Shown here piece after piece: positions 27,449-36,374 of a stretch of DNA of 64,000 nucleotides. Numbering within the stretch: the stretch's first letter is position 1; the number at the start of each line of letters is the position of its first letter. The stretch covers positions 4,037 through 68,036 of the forward strand of contig CAYRZX010000002.1 in NCBI GenBank assembly GCA_964428665.1, read 5' to 3'. This DNA is from an uncultured Gemmatimonas sp. GTDB taxonomy: Bacteria > Latescibacterota > UBA2968 > SICM01. Under the pieces are notes generated by a model. It ran no database searches and had not been told where the DNA came from. It saw only the letters and a list, made by a program, of their open reading frames with translations. The translations under genes and the position numbers were made by a program.

Positions 27449-28266
27449 ACCCGGCCCGACTCCTCGCCTATTTCGACCGCATCAGCGACGCGCCCGACGC
27501 CATCCCGCGCCTGCGCCGGTTCATCCTCAACCTCGCGGTGCGGGGGAAGCTGGTCGAGCAAGACCCGAAGGACGAACCGGCGTCCGAACTGCTCAAGCGT
27601 ATCCAGGCGGAGAAGGCGAGGCTGGTGAAGGAAGGAAAAATCCGGAAAGAGAACCCACAGCCGGAAATTGAGCCAGATAGGATTCCTTTCGCACTTCCGA
27701 AACGCTGGACATGGGTTCGGTTTGGAGATGTTATCCACCTTATTTCGGGCCAGCATCTACAGCCGGGGGAATACTCGGATGATAAACGGAGCGGCCCGCC
27801 ATATATCACAGGACCTGCAGACTTCGGCAAAGATGGCCTCGTGATTACCCGTTACGCCGTCATCAGGAAGGCCGTCGCAACAGAGGGTCAGATTTTGCTG
27901 ACTGTAAAGGGGGCGGGTGTTGGAAAGGCGACCGTTTGCAACCTGCCAGAAGTTGCAATCAGTCGTCAGTTAATGGCGATGACACCGATTGAGTGGGATC
28001 ACAGATTCCTGTTGTTGACGACACATCGCCTCGCCACAGCATTACAAGAGAATATGAGGAGTCTGATCCCTGGCATCTCTCGTGAGGACGTTGAGCAGTT
28101 TGTTCTCCCCCTCCCTCCCCTCGCCGAACAACACCGAATAGTGGCAAAGGTGGATGAGTTGATGGCGTTGTGCGACCGCCTGGAGGCAGCGATTGTGACT
28201 CGTGAAACCCTTCGCCGACGCCTGCTTGAAGCGGTTCTCCACGAAGCCCTGAACCCAGCCGCCTGA
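27445..28266 (+). CDS. hsdS: Type I R-M specificity subunit, half-size (single target-recognition domain)
   Basis: ATG at 27445 with an ATGA overlap on the hsdM stop. 273 aa. Conserved helices (RFILNLAVRGKLV..; LPLPPLAEQHRIVAKVDELMALCDRLE) flank one TRD of visibly lower GC. Confidence 0.85.
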   Translation: MNPARLLAYFDRISDAPDAIPRLRRFILNLAVRGKLVEQDPKDEPASELLKRIQAEKARLVKEGKIRKENPQPEIEPDRIPFALPKRWTWVRFGDVIHLISGQHLQPGEYSDDKRSGPPYITGPADFGKDGLVITRYAVIRKAVATEGQILLTVKGAGVGKATVCNLPEVAISRQLMAMTPIEWDHRFLLLTTHRLATALQENMRSLIPGISREDVEQFVLPLPPLAEQHRIVAKVDELMALCDRLEAAIVTRETLRRRLLEAVLHEALNPAA

Positions 28267-28342
28267 GAGAGAACCAGTCATGGCCATACGCACCCGACGG
28301 CTCGCTGATCCTCAGCACAGCACGGCGATAATTTCCTTGCTT

Positions 28343-28366
28343 TAATATCGCAATAGTGCGATATTA
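28343..28366. promoter_or_regulatory. Perfect inverted repeat (candidate operator) upstream of the XRE gene
   Basis: TAATATCGCA-ATAG-TGCGATATTA, ending 12 nt before the ATG at 28379 and overlapping an AT-rich -10-like TATTATAA. AGGAGGAAGG is the RBS. Confidence 0.6.
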
Positions 28367-28378
28367 TAAGGAGGAAGG

Positions 28379-28798
28379 ATGAAAGATATGAAAAAGCATA
28401 GCCCGACCACGGACGCCGTTGAGATTCTGCACCGCCGATACATCGGGAATGACAAAGAACGAAAGGCGTCCCTGCAGATGGAACGCATCAACGCCGATGT
28501 CGCCCGGATGATCCACGATTTGCGCAAAGAAGCGGGGCTAACGCAGAAAGAGTTGTCCGCCCGGGTCGGAACAACCCAGTCCGTTATCAGTCGCCTTGAA
28601 GATGCGGATTATGATGGGCACTCCCTGACCATGCTCAACCGTATTGCAGCATCTCTCAACCGGCGACTTGCGGTGAGCATCGTTGCAGAAAAACCGGAGG
28701 GTGAGACTCCTGTTGGAGGTCTCGGAAGTCGCCGGAAGCTCAAGCAGGGGTTGAGAAAGGGAGCAGGCGTAGGGCTGGAGGAGCGGGATCGCGTGTAA
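28379..28798 (+). CDS. XRE-family HTH protein (HigA-like antitoxin/regulator) with no adjacent toxin
   Basis: HTH motif LTQKELSARVGTTQSVISRLED. The N-terminal extension is typical of HigA-like antitoxins. Confidence 0.85.
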   Translation: MKDMKKHSPTTDAVEILHRRYIGNDKERKASLQMERINADVARMIHDLRKEAGLTQKELSARVGTTQSVISRLEDADYDGHSLTMLNRIAASLNRRLAVSIVAEKPEGETPVGGLGSRRKLKQGLRKGAGVGLEERDRV

Positions 28799-28871
28799 GG
28801 GAATTCCTTATCCCGCACCGCCCCTTCGTCAACCTGCGTTGCGGAGGCATTGAGAAGGGGCATCGGACAAG

Positions 28872-28915
28872 AAAAAAGGGCTTACGCATCTCCCGCGTAA
28901 GCCCATCATTTTTTG
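28872..28915. terminator. Bidirectional intrinsic terminator between the XRE gene and tRNA-Leu
   Basis: GGGCTTACGC (28878-28887), a 7-nt loop, then GCGTAAGCCC (28895-28904). A6 precedes it and T6 follows, so a U-run is present on both strands. Confidence 0.85.
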
Positions 28916-28999
28916 TGCCGAAGGTGGGAATCGAACCCACACGAGGTCGCCCTCACTGGATTTTGAGTCCAGCGCGTCTACCAGTTCCACCACTTCGGC
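28916..28999 (-). tRNA. tRNA-Leu (anticodon CAA)
   Basis: Folded by hand. Acceptor GCCGAAG/CTTCGGC plus discriminator A; anticodon arm CTGGA-CTCAAAA-TCCAG; long variable arm GAGG-GCGA-CCTC; T arm GTGGG-TTCGATT-CCCAC. CCA is not encoded. Confidence 0.95.
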
Positions 29000-29087
29000 G
29001 TCAGGTCCATCGCTACTGCAAAAATATCAAATCCGTGCGCCCCGGTCAAGCTCAAAATCTGACCTGAGGCTTCGATCTCACATCTGC

Positions 29088-29120
29088 CGTTTCACGTTTC
29101 ACGTTTCACGTTTCACGATC
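29088..29120. repeat. CGTTTCA x4 tandem heptamer at the 3' end of the PRTase-like gene
   Basis: cgtttca cgtttca cgtttca cgtttca cgatc. The gene's TGA stop (29099-29101) lies inside the repeat. Confidence 0.9.
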
Positions 29121-29968
29121 CCATAAGGGTCCGTCTCCACGAGCAGCCGGGCGCGCTTGGACTCGCGGGCGTCGGGCGAGGCCAGGGCCTCCTTCAGGAA
29201 CCCCGGGTGCCCCAGCAGAAACGCCCGCATCGCCCCCTTCGGGTCCGCGCGGTAGGCCATCAGCGCCCGAAACTGCGCCTCGTCGATGTCCCCCTGCCTC
29301 CGCAGCGTCTCGAACAGAGAGTCGTCGATCCGGGCCAGCGCGTGCGCCTCCACGCCCTGGTCCCGCAGCGCCTCCGCCCCGCCCTGGTCCCGGTCCACCA
29401 CGTTGATCGCATACGCCAGCCGGCCCCCCCGCCGGGCCACGGCCGGGACCCACGCCCGGACGTAGCTCGACGCCTCCGTGATCAGGTCCGCCACGTGGAG
29501 CGTCCGCTTACCGTCCAGCCGCTCGACGGGCGCGGCCCTGCCCTCCGGCCCCACCGACACCACGCTCAGGTCTTTGAAGACCATCAGCAGCGGCCTCTCC
29601 AGGACCTCCCCGGCCATCAGCGAGAAGAACCAGTCCCGCCGCTCCCCCCCGGAGACGTAGTCCACGGCCTCCAGGCCGATCCGCGTCCGCGCGACCTCCG
29701 CGATCCGGTCCACCACCCCCCGGTACACAGCGTCCTCCGCGTAGGTCTTCCGCACCTCGCCCAGCAGGACCGCCGGACATCGGAGCGGATCGTCCTTCTC
29801 GCGCTCAATCACCTCCAAAAACCGCTCCGCCCGCTCCCGGCCCCCGTAGAGGTATTCCGTGTTGATGTAATAGGGGCCGAGCGTCCCGGAGGTGTACCAG
29901 AACGGCCGGTCCGCCGGCGCGATCCGCAGCGCCCCGGTCTGGAGGAGACACTGAAGAAGATCGACCAC
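29099..29968 (-). CDS. Phosphoribosyltransferase-like protein (orotate PRTase-like, degenerate PRPP motif)
   Basis: GTG start. Motifs FWYTSGTLGPYYIN and LHVADLITEASSY resemble PyrE-like proteins. The function is uncertain. Confidence 0.5.
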   Translation of the reverse strand: MVDLLQCLLQTGALRIAPADRPFWYTSGTLGPYYINTEYLYGGRERAERFLEVIEREKDDPLRCPAVLLGEVRKTYAEDAVYRGVVDRIAEVARTRIGLEAVDYVSGGERRDWFFSLMAGEVLERPLLMVFKDLSVVSVGPEGRAAPVERLDGKRTLHVADLITEASSYVRAWVPAVARRGGRLAYAINVVDRDQGGAEALRDQGVEAHALARIDDSLFETLRRQGDIDEAQFRALMAYRADPKGAMRAFLLGHPGFLKEALASPDARESKRARLLVETDPYGIVKRET

Positions 29969-29969
29969 G

Positions 29970-31127
29970 TCAATGTCCTCTCGCGTCCACCGGCCACGTG
30001 TCGCAGTATCGCCCCTCCCCGTCCACGACGCGCATCTCGTCCCACAGGTTCACCGTCGAGCAGACGTGCCGGGGGACGAGGTAGACGAGCGCCCCGATCC
30101 GGGGCTGCTCCGCGCCCTCGGGAAGCTGGATCACGAGGTGCTCCTCGTTTCGGGTCAGAAACCGCGCGCCGGGCCAGTTGAGACACTGGGCGTGGCCGTT
30201 GAGGAGCGTGGAGGCCATCTCCTCTCTCGGGATCGCCTGCCGGTCGGGCACGGGGATGACATCCGTGCTGATCGATTTGCTCCCGGCGTCCACCGTGACC
30301 GTGCGGGACGTGGGCCGGCTGATCACCCGGGCCACCACCAGGGCGGCGCACCGGAACCGGTCGGGAAGAAGCCCCTCCGAGTAGTTCCGGTCCCACAGGA
30401 CCCAGGTGCCGGGGGAGACCTCGTCGATCTCCGGCCGCCGCGCGGTGATCTCGAACGTAGGCGACCCGGAGGTGACCAGCTTCTTGACCGGCAGCCCGTG
30501 CCGCTCGATCAGGGCCTTCGCCGCCAGCCCCCGCTCCACAGAGGCGTCCGCCTTCCGTCTCCGGGCCTCCTCGTCCTGGTCGTGGATGTGGCCGTCGTAA
30601 AAGTGAACGCCGTCGAGCCGCAGGCCGGGGCTGTCCGCAATCCGCCTGGCGACCTCCAGCGCCTCCTCCGGCCCCGGCGCGCCCGTGCGGTTCATGCCGG
30701 AGTTGAGGTCCACGAAGGCGCCCAGCTCCACGTCCGCGTCCACCGCAGCCCGGCACAGCCCGTCCACGGCCTCCGCGTTGTCCGCCAGGACGGCGATGTC
30801 CACGTCCGGCCGGCGTGCCCTGAGTTCCGCCACGCGCCGGGCCGACGGGCCGATCAGCGGATAGGCCACGACGAGGTCCTTGATCCCGGCCCCCGCGGCC
30901 ACCTCCGCCTCCTTGGGGGTGGCGCACTTGATCTTGTCGATCCCCGCGGCCATTTGCAGCCGGAGAATGGCGGACGACTTGTGCGTCTTGAAGTGAGGGC
31001 GGAGCTTGCGATAGCCCCCGAGCAGCTCCCCGATCTTCCGGATGTTGTGCTGCACCAGCTCCCCGTACACGACGAGCGTCGGCGTCGGCAGGTCGTCAGG
31101 ATTCTGGATAATGTAGTGAGGGTCCAT
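29970..31127 (-). CDS. D-TA family PLP enzyme (D-threonine aldolase / D-serine dehydratase-like, alanine-racemase fold)
   Basis: Motif PTPTLVVYGELVQHNI...LRPHFKTHKSSAI..Q...G...IKCATPKEAEV. Confidence 0.8.
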   Translation of the reverse strand: MDPHYIIQNPDDLPTPTLVVYGELVQHNIRKIGELLGGYRKLRPHFKTHKSSAILRLQMAAGIDKIKCATPKEAEVAAGAGIKDLVVAYPLIGPSARRVAELRARRPDVDIAVLADNAEAVDGLCRAAVDADVELGAFVDLNSGMNRTGAPGPEEALEVARRIADSPGLRLDGVHFYDGHIHDQDEEARRRKADASVERGLAAKALIERHGLPVKKLVTSGSPTFEITARRPEIDEVSPGTWVLWDRNYSEGLLPDRFRCAALVVARVISRPTSRTVTVDAGSKSISTDVIPVPDRQAIPREEMASTLLNGHAQCLNWPGARFLTRNEEHLVIQLPEGAEQPRIGALVYLVPRHVCSTVNLWDEMRVVDGEGRYCDTWPVDARGH

Positions 31128-31141
31128 AAACCTTTCTCTTT

Positions 31142-31843
31142 TTATACGCTATGCGCGTCGATCTGCCTCGCCGCGTCGGCGATCACCTGCGCCGCCCCCT
31201 CGAACCCCAGCCACTCGGTGTTCAGGACGAGGTGATAGAGCGTCGGGTCCTCCCAGTCCACGCCGTAGTTGGCCTTGATGTAGGCCGCGCGGCGCTTGGT
31301 CCCCTTCTGGATGCGCTCGATGGCCTTCTCCCGGGAGAGTTCAAACCGTCCCATGACGTGGCCGACCCGGAACTCCACCGATGCCACAGTCCTCACGGAC
31401 AGCGCGCGGGGGCGGTCTTTCAGGATCATCATGGCCCCCCGCCCGCTGATGACGACGCGGTCGCGCTCCCACAGGCGCTGGACCGTGGCCTGCAGGAACT
31501 GAAGATAGGACTTTTGATCCAGGAAGTGGACCTCCTCGGAGGTGACGTTCTCACTGTTGATCAGCGCCGCCGACACCTCATACGGAAACTCCAGCCCCCA
31601 CAGCATGGCCGGAGGCACCGGCACCGACTTGGACGGCGTGACGAGGCTCCGCAGAAAACGCTTCACGGCGCTCTCCGTCCGCTCGTCAAACCGGGCGACC
31701 TCCGATTCAGGGACGTTGGCCTCCCGCGCCACCTCCGTGATCAGGGCCTTGTCCACGAGGTCATAGCCCAGCAGCTCCGAGGCCCTGACGGCGACGATAT
31801 CTCCCCCGCTCCCCATCTGCCGCGACAGTGTGATGACGGCCAC
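31142..31843 (-). CDS. Cytidylate-kinase-like family (AAA_28/Cytidylate_kin2) protein
   Basis: GTG at 31843 lies 9 nt after AGGAGG; the track starts at TTG 31867. P-loop-like ITLSRQMGSGG. Confidence 0.7.
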   Translation of the reverse strand: MAVITLSRQMGSGGDIVAVRASELLGYDLVDKALITEVAREANVPESEVARFDERTESAVKRFLRSLVTPSKSVPVPPAMLWGLEFPYEVSAALINSENVTSEEVHFLDQKSYLQFLQATVQRLWERDRVVISGRGAMMILKDRPRALSVRTVASVEFRVGHVMGRFELSREKAIERIQKGTKRRAAYIKANYGVDWEDPTLYHLVLNTEWLGFEGAAQVIADAARQIDAHSV

Positions 31844-31863
31844 GAGGGACCACCTCCTAAGGT

Positions 31864-33687
31864 TCAATACTCCGAAAAAAACATGTACCTGTTATCCACG
31901 ATATCCGCCCGCTTCTTCAGGTCCTCAAACCAGGCCGCAAAGGCCTGGCTGCGCTTCTGGTTGGCGAGACTCGACTTGATGGCGTCCTTCTCCGAGGAGA
32001 ACCCCTTCTCCTCCGCCGGCCTCCGCTCCACCAGTCGGATCACGTACGCAGCCCGGTCCGTGGCGACCACGTCGCTGGCCTGGCCGGGGCTGGTCAGCCG
32101 GAACGCCGCCCCGAAAAACTCGTTCTGGCTGCCCACGCGCGGGAGGAACCCCTGACGCGCGAACAGCCCGGTCGTGTCAAAAGTCGCCCCGTGCGTCCGG
32201 GCCGCATCCTGGAGGCTCGCGCCGGACCGGGCGGCGGCGGCCACCTGCTCCACCCGGCGCCTGGCCACGGCCACCTTCTTCTCCCGCTGGAGGCGGGCCG
32301 TCACCCCCTGCCGGACCTCGTCGAGGGCCCGGACCCCGGCCTCCCGCTTGTCCTTGAGGGCGTAGACGAAGAACCCCTGCTCGTTCTCGAACAGCGACGA
32401 GACCTCCCCCTCGGACCGATGGAGGAAGAAGTCGACCAGCCCGGCGGTCCTGTTCCCCAGCCCCGGCGCGAACGCCCCCTTGCTGAAGAACCCCGTGTCG
32501 TGGGCCTGAAGCCCGGCCGCGGACGCCGCCGTCGCAAACCCCCGCTTGCGGGCCTGCTCCAGGAACGCCTCCGCCTGGTCCCGCATCCGGTCGAGGGCCT
32601 CCCGGCTCTTCTCGATCTTCCTGAGGATGTGCCGGGCCTTCACCTGCTCCTCCCCGCCCTCCGTCTTCCGCTCCTCCACCTTGAGGATGTGCCATCCGAA
32701 CTGCGTCCGGACCGGCTCCGAGACCTGGCCCGGCTGCAGCGCGAAGGCCGCCTGCTCAAACGCGGGGACCATCCTCCCCTTCCCGAAAAACCCGAGATCC
32801 CCGCCGTTGGCCGCGGACCCCGGGTCGTCCGAGTGCTCCTGGGCGAGCTGCGCAAAATCCGCCCCGGCCCGCGCCCTCTCCAGCAGCCGGCGGACCTCGG
32901 CCTCCACGGCCTTCTCGTCCTCTGCCGTGGGCCGCTTGTCAAAGGCGACGAAATCGCACCGGACGGCGTCCCCCTGCTCGAAGTCCTTCTTGTGCGCCTC
33001 GTAATAGGCGCCTGCCTCGGCGTCCGAGACGGGGACCTCCGTATCGGGGATGGACCCCGCCTCGACGGCCGCGTACTCCACCCTGACCTGCTCTCTCTGG
33101 TCTATGTACGCCTGCCTGGCCTCCGCGTCGGTGACCTTCACGGCCGAGGCGATCCGCTCCTGAAGCCTCTGAGTGCGGAGAAACCGCTCGATGGTCCCTT
33201 CGACGGCGCGGACGAACTGCGCCGCCTGAGGGTTGTTGTAGGTGGCGGGATTGTCCAGGAACTGGTTGTACTTGGCAGGGTCGAACTTCCCGCCGGTCTG
33301 GAACGTCTGCTGGTTCTGCACGAACTCCATCGGCTGGCGGCGGTTGACGTAGTCGACCTCGGCGTCGGACACGACGATCCCCCGCTTCTGGATCTCCTCG
33401 TCAAGCAGGGTCTCCGCCACGAGGCGCTCCCACGTCTCCTGGACGAGCGCCCCGAAATCGGGCTCTCCCCCTCCCTGATCCTTTTGCTGCTGATAGGCCT
33501 GCTTGAGAAGGCGGTCGAACTCCTGGTAGGAGATCGCCCTCCCGTTGACCTCGCCCACGTTCGCCCCGCCGACCCTCCTGCCGCCGATGTCGGCCCCCCA
33601 CTCCAGGACGATCAGGCCGACGAAGCAGACCGCCACGACCCACATCATCACCTTGATGAAGCCGACATTTCGCATCGTCTTGAGCAT
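31864..33687 (-). CDS. ppiD: Periplasmic chaperone / peptidyl-prolyl isomerase PpiD-like
   Basis: ATG at 33687; the track ORF start at 33765 lies inside a repeat. N-terminal anchor [19 protein letters not shown], SurA_N-like region and parvulin motif [38 protein letters not shown]. Confidence 0.85.
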   Translation of the reverse strand: MLKTMRNVGFIKVMMWVVAVCFVGLIVLEWGADIGGRRVGGANVGEVNGRAISYQEFDRLLKQAYQQQKDQGGGEPDFGALVQETWERLVAETLLDEEIQKRGIVVSDAEVDYVNRRQPMEFVQNQQTFQTGGKFDPAKYNQFLDNPATYNNPQAAQFVRAVEGTIERFLRTQRLQERIASAVKVTDAEARQAYIDQREQVRVEYAAVEAGSIPDTEVPVSDAEAGAYYEAHKKDFEQGDAVRCDFVAFDKRPTAEDEKAVEAEVRRLLERARAGADFAQLAQEHSDDPGSAANGGDLGFFGKGRMVPAFEQAAFALQPGQVSEPVRTQFGWHILKVEERKTEGGEEQVKARHILRKIEKSREALDRMRDQAEAFLEQARKRGFATAASAAGLQAHDTGFFSKGAFAPGLGNRTAGLVDFFLHRSEGEVSSLFENEQGFFVYALKDKREAGVRALDEVRQGVTARLQREKKVAVARRRVEQVAAAARSGASLQDAARTHGATFDTTGLFARQGFLPRVGSQNEFFGAAFRLTSPGQASDVVATDRAAYVIRLVERRPAEEKGFSSEKDAIKSSLANQKRSQAFAAWFEDLKKRADIVDNRYMFFSEY

Positions 33688-33723
33688 GGTGCTGCGATTC
33701 CTCCTGAATACGGCAAACGGCAG

Positions 33724-33829
33724 ACCACAGGACCACAGGACTACGGGACCACAGGACCAATGCAAAAGCCTTGTGGTCTTGTGGTCTTGTGGTCTTGTGG
33801 TCGGTTTTCACGTTTCACGTTTCACGATC
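33724..33829. repeat. 8-nt-period hairpin (GACCACAG x4 facing TTGTGGTC x4) followed by CGTTTCA heptamers
   Basis: gaccacag gaccacag gactacgg gaccacag ..loop.. ttgtggtc x4, then gttttca cgtttca cgtttca cgatc. The stop of the upstream gene (33822-33824) lies in the heptamers. Confidence 0.9.
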
Positions 33830-35810
33830 TTTTTACCGCGGCCTCTCTGGCGATGCCCACGCACTTGACCACGAAGGCGTCGTAGGCCGCGCGGAACTCG
33901 GCCACGGTCTTTTTGACCGACCCAAAGTGCCTCCACTCCTCCGGCTGGATGCCGCCCGTGCCCCAGTCCGCCACCTCTGAGATGCCCACCTCGTTCAGCA
34001 GGAAGTCCCTCATATCCGGGGTCAGGTCGTAGGCCAGCCGGAAGTCGGGCAGCCGGTTCAGCCGCTTCGTCACGCCGGGGTCGTAGGCCTGCAGGATCGC
34101 CCCCCGGAACGCCTCCAGCCGGAACCCCTCCGTCTCCGCCATCATCTGCACCGCGCGGGCGTGGTTGGGGAACTCCGTGTTGCAGAAGTTCGGATATCCC
34201 AGCGTGTGGTAGGTGTCCTCCGGGATGCGCTTCGACGCCGGGAGCACGTCCATCGAGTTCAGCACCGTCTCGGCCTGCCCCTGGCTCAGGTCGTAGCGCC
34301 TCTGCAGGTAGGCGACCCACCGGGGGCGGCTCTCCGGCCCGTAGAAGACCCGGTAGACCCGCCTGGCCACCAGCGTCCCCGCCTTGCGCAGGTCCTGCTC
34401 CAGCGTCTCGATCCCCGCCTGCTTCAGGCCCGCCGCCTCGGCGATCTCGATCATCGCCTTGTGGGCGAGGGACTTCAGAAACTTGAAGGCGCAGATCGCC
34501 CGGACCCTGTCCACAAACGATCCCCCCACCCTGTCCAGCGTGGCCCTGTCCACGTTCAGGGCGCGGGCCAGGGTCATGAGGTGCTCCGCCGCGCGCGCCT
34601 CGCCCAGTTTCTTGGTGACCTTGGCGAATATCTTCTCGGCCTCCACCTCGCGCAGGTGACTGACCAGCCGCCCCCCCATGTTCGTCTCGTACGTGCGGGT
34701 CACCCCGTTGCCCGCCTTCACCGCGTAGGCCTTCCCCTCAAAGGCATCCAGGATCAGCTGGACCTCCTGCCCCACGGTGTAGACCACGGTGTTGTTGGTG
34801 CCGATCCCCTCGGCGTTGAGGGCGCGGGTGATGTCTCGGGCGGCCTCGGAGGAGGCGGCCACCTTGAACACGATGTTCGGCCGCACGGCCCCCGCCCTGG
34901 CCCCCAGCCCCAGGCCCCGGTCGTAGCCCGCCAGGAAGTCCGCGGCGGACCGGTAGGCCGCGCGGGCGTCGGCCAGGCTGTCCGCGACCTGGTCAGCCAG
35001 GTTGGGGTTGAGCTGGAAACTGACCACGTAGTCCATCAGGTTCGTGTGCAGGGCCAGCGGCCGGAACACGGCCAGGTTGGGCCAGAGGGCGATCAGCGTC
35101 GCCGACATGGCCATCGCGTCCCCGTGCCGGTCCGGCTCCGCCACCCAGTCGGCGTGGCGCGCCGCCTCCTCCCGGAACGCCTCCACGAGCCTGGGGTCCT
35201 CCTCGAAGGCCCGCGCGGCCAGCACCGGGTTCGTGGACACCTGGCAGAACCCGATGTGCCGGAGGTACTCCAGGCCACGCGCGAAGTCGTTCCCGAACTT
35301 GCACAGCCCCCCGTCCGTCATCGCCCAGTAGACCCCGCCCCGCAGCTGCTGGCGGAACAGCTCCAGAAACGCCCTCCCGCCCCCCTTCCACGCCCCCTCG
35401 ACCCGCTCGGCCATCAGCCCCGGCAGGCTGTCCCCCGCGTTGACCGACTTCATGTCGGCCAGGACCTCGCCGGCCACGGACCGGATCACGGCGCCGGCGG
35501 CCTCGTCCTGATCCCCCTCCACAAAGGAGTCGGCCACGCGTCGGAACGCCTGATCCACCTCCTCGGCCCCGTAGCCCACGCTCAGCGCGTCCCGCCCGGC
35601 CAGGTTGAACCCCAGCCGAAGGCCGAACTCCACCAGCCGGCGCTGCCCGGCCGCATCCGTCGCATCCCACCTCCCCCGCCCGGCGTCCACGGCCTGCCCC
35701 ACCAGCGCCACCAGCCCCCCCGGCCTCGGATCGGTCAGAATGCGGTCCGCAGCGGCCAGCGTCTGCCCCGAAAGGGCCTCCTGAACGACCTCTTCAGCGA
35801 ACGTGCCCAT
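33822..35810 (-). CDS. Transaldolase-fold protein, unusually long (662 aa)
   Basis: AAGGAG lies upstream. Transaldolase-like motifs are QVSTNPVL, NIVFKVAASSEAARDIT (candidate Schiff-base Lys) and GIGTNNTVVYTVGQ. The N-terminal ~190 aa and C-terminal ~250 aa are unassigned. Confidence 0.6.
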   Translation of the reverse strand: MGTFAEEVVQEALSGQTLAAADRILTDPRPGGLVALVGQAVDAGRGRWDATDAAGQRRLVEFGLRLGFNLAGRDALSVGYGAEEVDQAFRRVADSFVEGDQDEAAGAVIRSVAGEVLADMKSVNAGDSLPGLMAERVEGAWKGGGRAFLELFRQQLRGGVYWAMTDGGLCKFGNDFARGLEYLRHIGFCQVSTNPVLAARAFEEDPRLVEAFREEAARHADWVAEPDRHGDAMAMSATLIALWPNLAVFRPLALHTNLMDYVVSFQLNPNLADQVADSLADARAAYRSAADFLAGYDRGLGLGARAGAVRPNIVFKVAASSEAARDITRALNAEGIGTNNTVVYTVGQEVQLILDAFEGKAYAVKAGNGVTRTYETNMGGRLVSHLREVEAEKIFAKVTKKLGEARAAEHLMTLARALNVDRATLDRVGGSFVDRVRAICAFKFLKSLAHKAMIEIAEAAGLKQAGIETLEQDLRKAGTLVARRVYRVFYGPESRPRWVAYLQRRYDLSQGQAETVLNSMDVLPASKRIPEDTYHTLGYPNFCNTEFPNHARAVQMMAETEGFRLEAFRGAILQAYDPGVTKRLNRLPDFRLAYDLTPDMRDFLLNEVGISEVADWGTGGIQPEEWRHFGSVKKTVAEFRAAYDAFVVKCVGIAREAAVKRS

Positions 35811-35823
35811 GACAGTCTCCTTA

Positions 35824-35870
35824 GTTCATCGTTCCGCGTTCATCGTTCATCGTTCATCGTTCATCGTTCC
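35824..35870. repeat. GTTCATC tandem heptamers (about 7 units)
   Basis: gttcatc gttccgc gttcatc x4 gttcctc. Shares the 18-mer GTTCATCGTTCCGCGTTC with 1667-1684. Confidence 0.9.
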
Positions 35871-36245
35871 TCAGGGTCTCTCGTGCCTGTGCCCTTCGCC
35901 TGTCACGCTGATGGCGAGCCGGATGGCGGGCCTGTCGCCCTTGACGTGAATGTGATGAAAAGTGTTCTTGGGGACATACACAAAGTCCCCGGCCTTCGCC
36001 CGCACCGGCTCCGCCTGCCCTTCGATCTCCCAGTGAATCTCCCCCTCCAGCACCGCCCACCACTCGTCGTAGATGTGGTAGTGCCGGTCGTTGGGCGTGC
36101 CGGGGGCCTGGCAGATGACCGTCCCGGTGATCTGGTCCGACACCACGACCCGTTCCCCCCACGGCGGCGCGCCCCTGCGCCGCTTGATCTCCTCAAGGCC
36201 GATGCTGAACAGGCCGGGATGCAGAGTGGACCTCGTATCCGCCAC
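35871..36245 (-). CDS. Cupin-domain protein
   Basis: AGGAGG lies upstream of the GTG. Cupin motifs HYHIYDEWWAVLEGE and GDFVYVPKNTFHHI. Confidence 0.8.
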   Translation of the reverse strand: MADTRSTLHPGLFSIGLEEIKRRRGAPPWGERVVVSDQITGTVICQAPGTPNDRHYHIYDEWWAVLEGEIHWEIEGQAEPVRAKAGDFVYVPKNTFHHIHVKGDRPAIRLAISVTGEGHRHERP

Positions 36246-36374
36246 GCCAGACCTCCTGAAATGAAGATGACAGAGGACAGGATGAAGGGTGTGAACCGTT
36301 TCCCTTCAAGATACCACCTGAGCCGCGCTTTGTCAATGACAGAAAGAGAGTCCCTCAGCCCTCGCCCCACCGCC

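Noticed and set aside
28280-28345. A 21-codon ORF (MAIRTRRLADPQHSTAIISLL) as a HigB toxin remnant upstream of the XRE gene.
   Set aside because: It is too short and has no recognisable toxin motif, so it cannot be supported from sequence alone.
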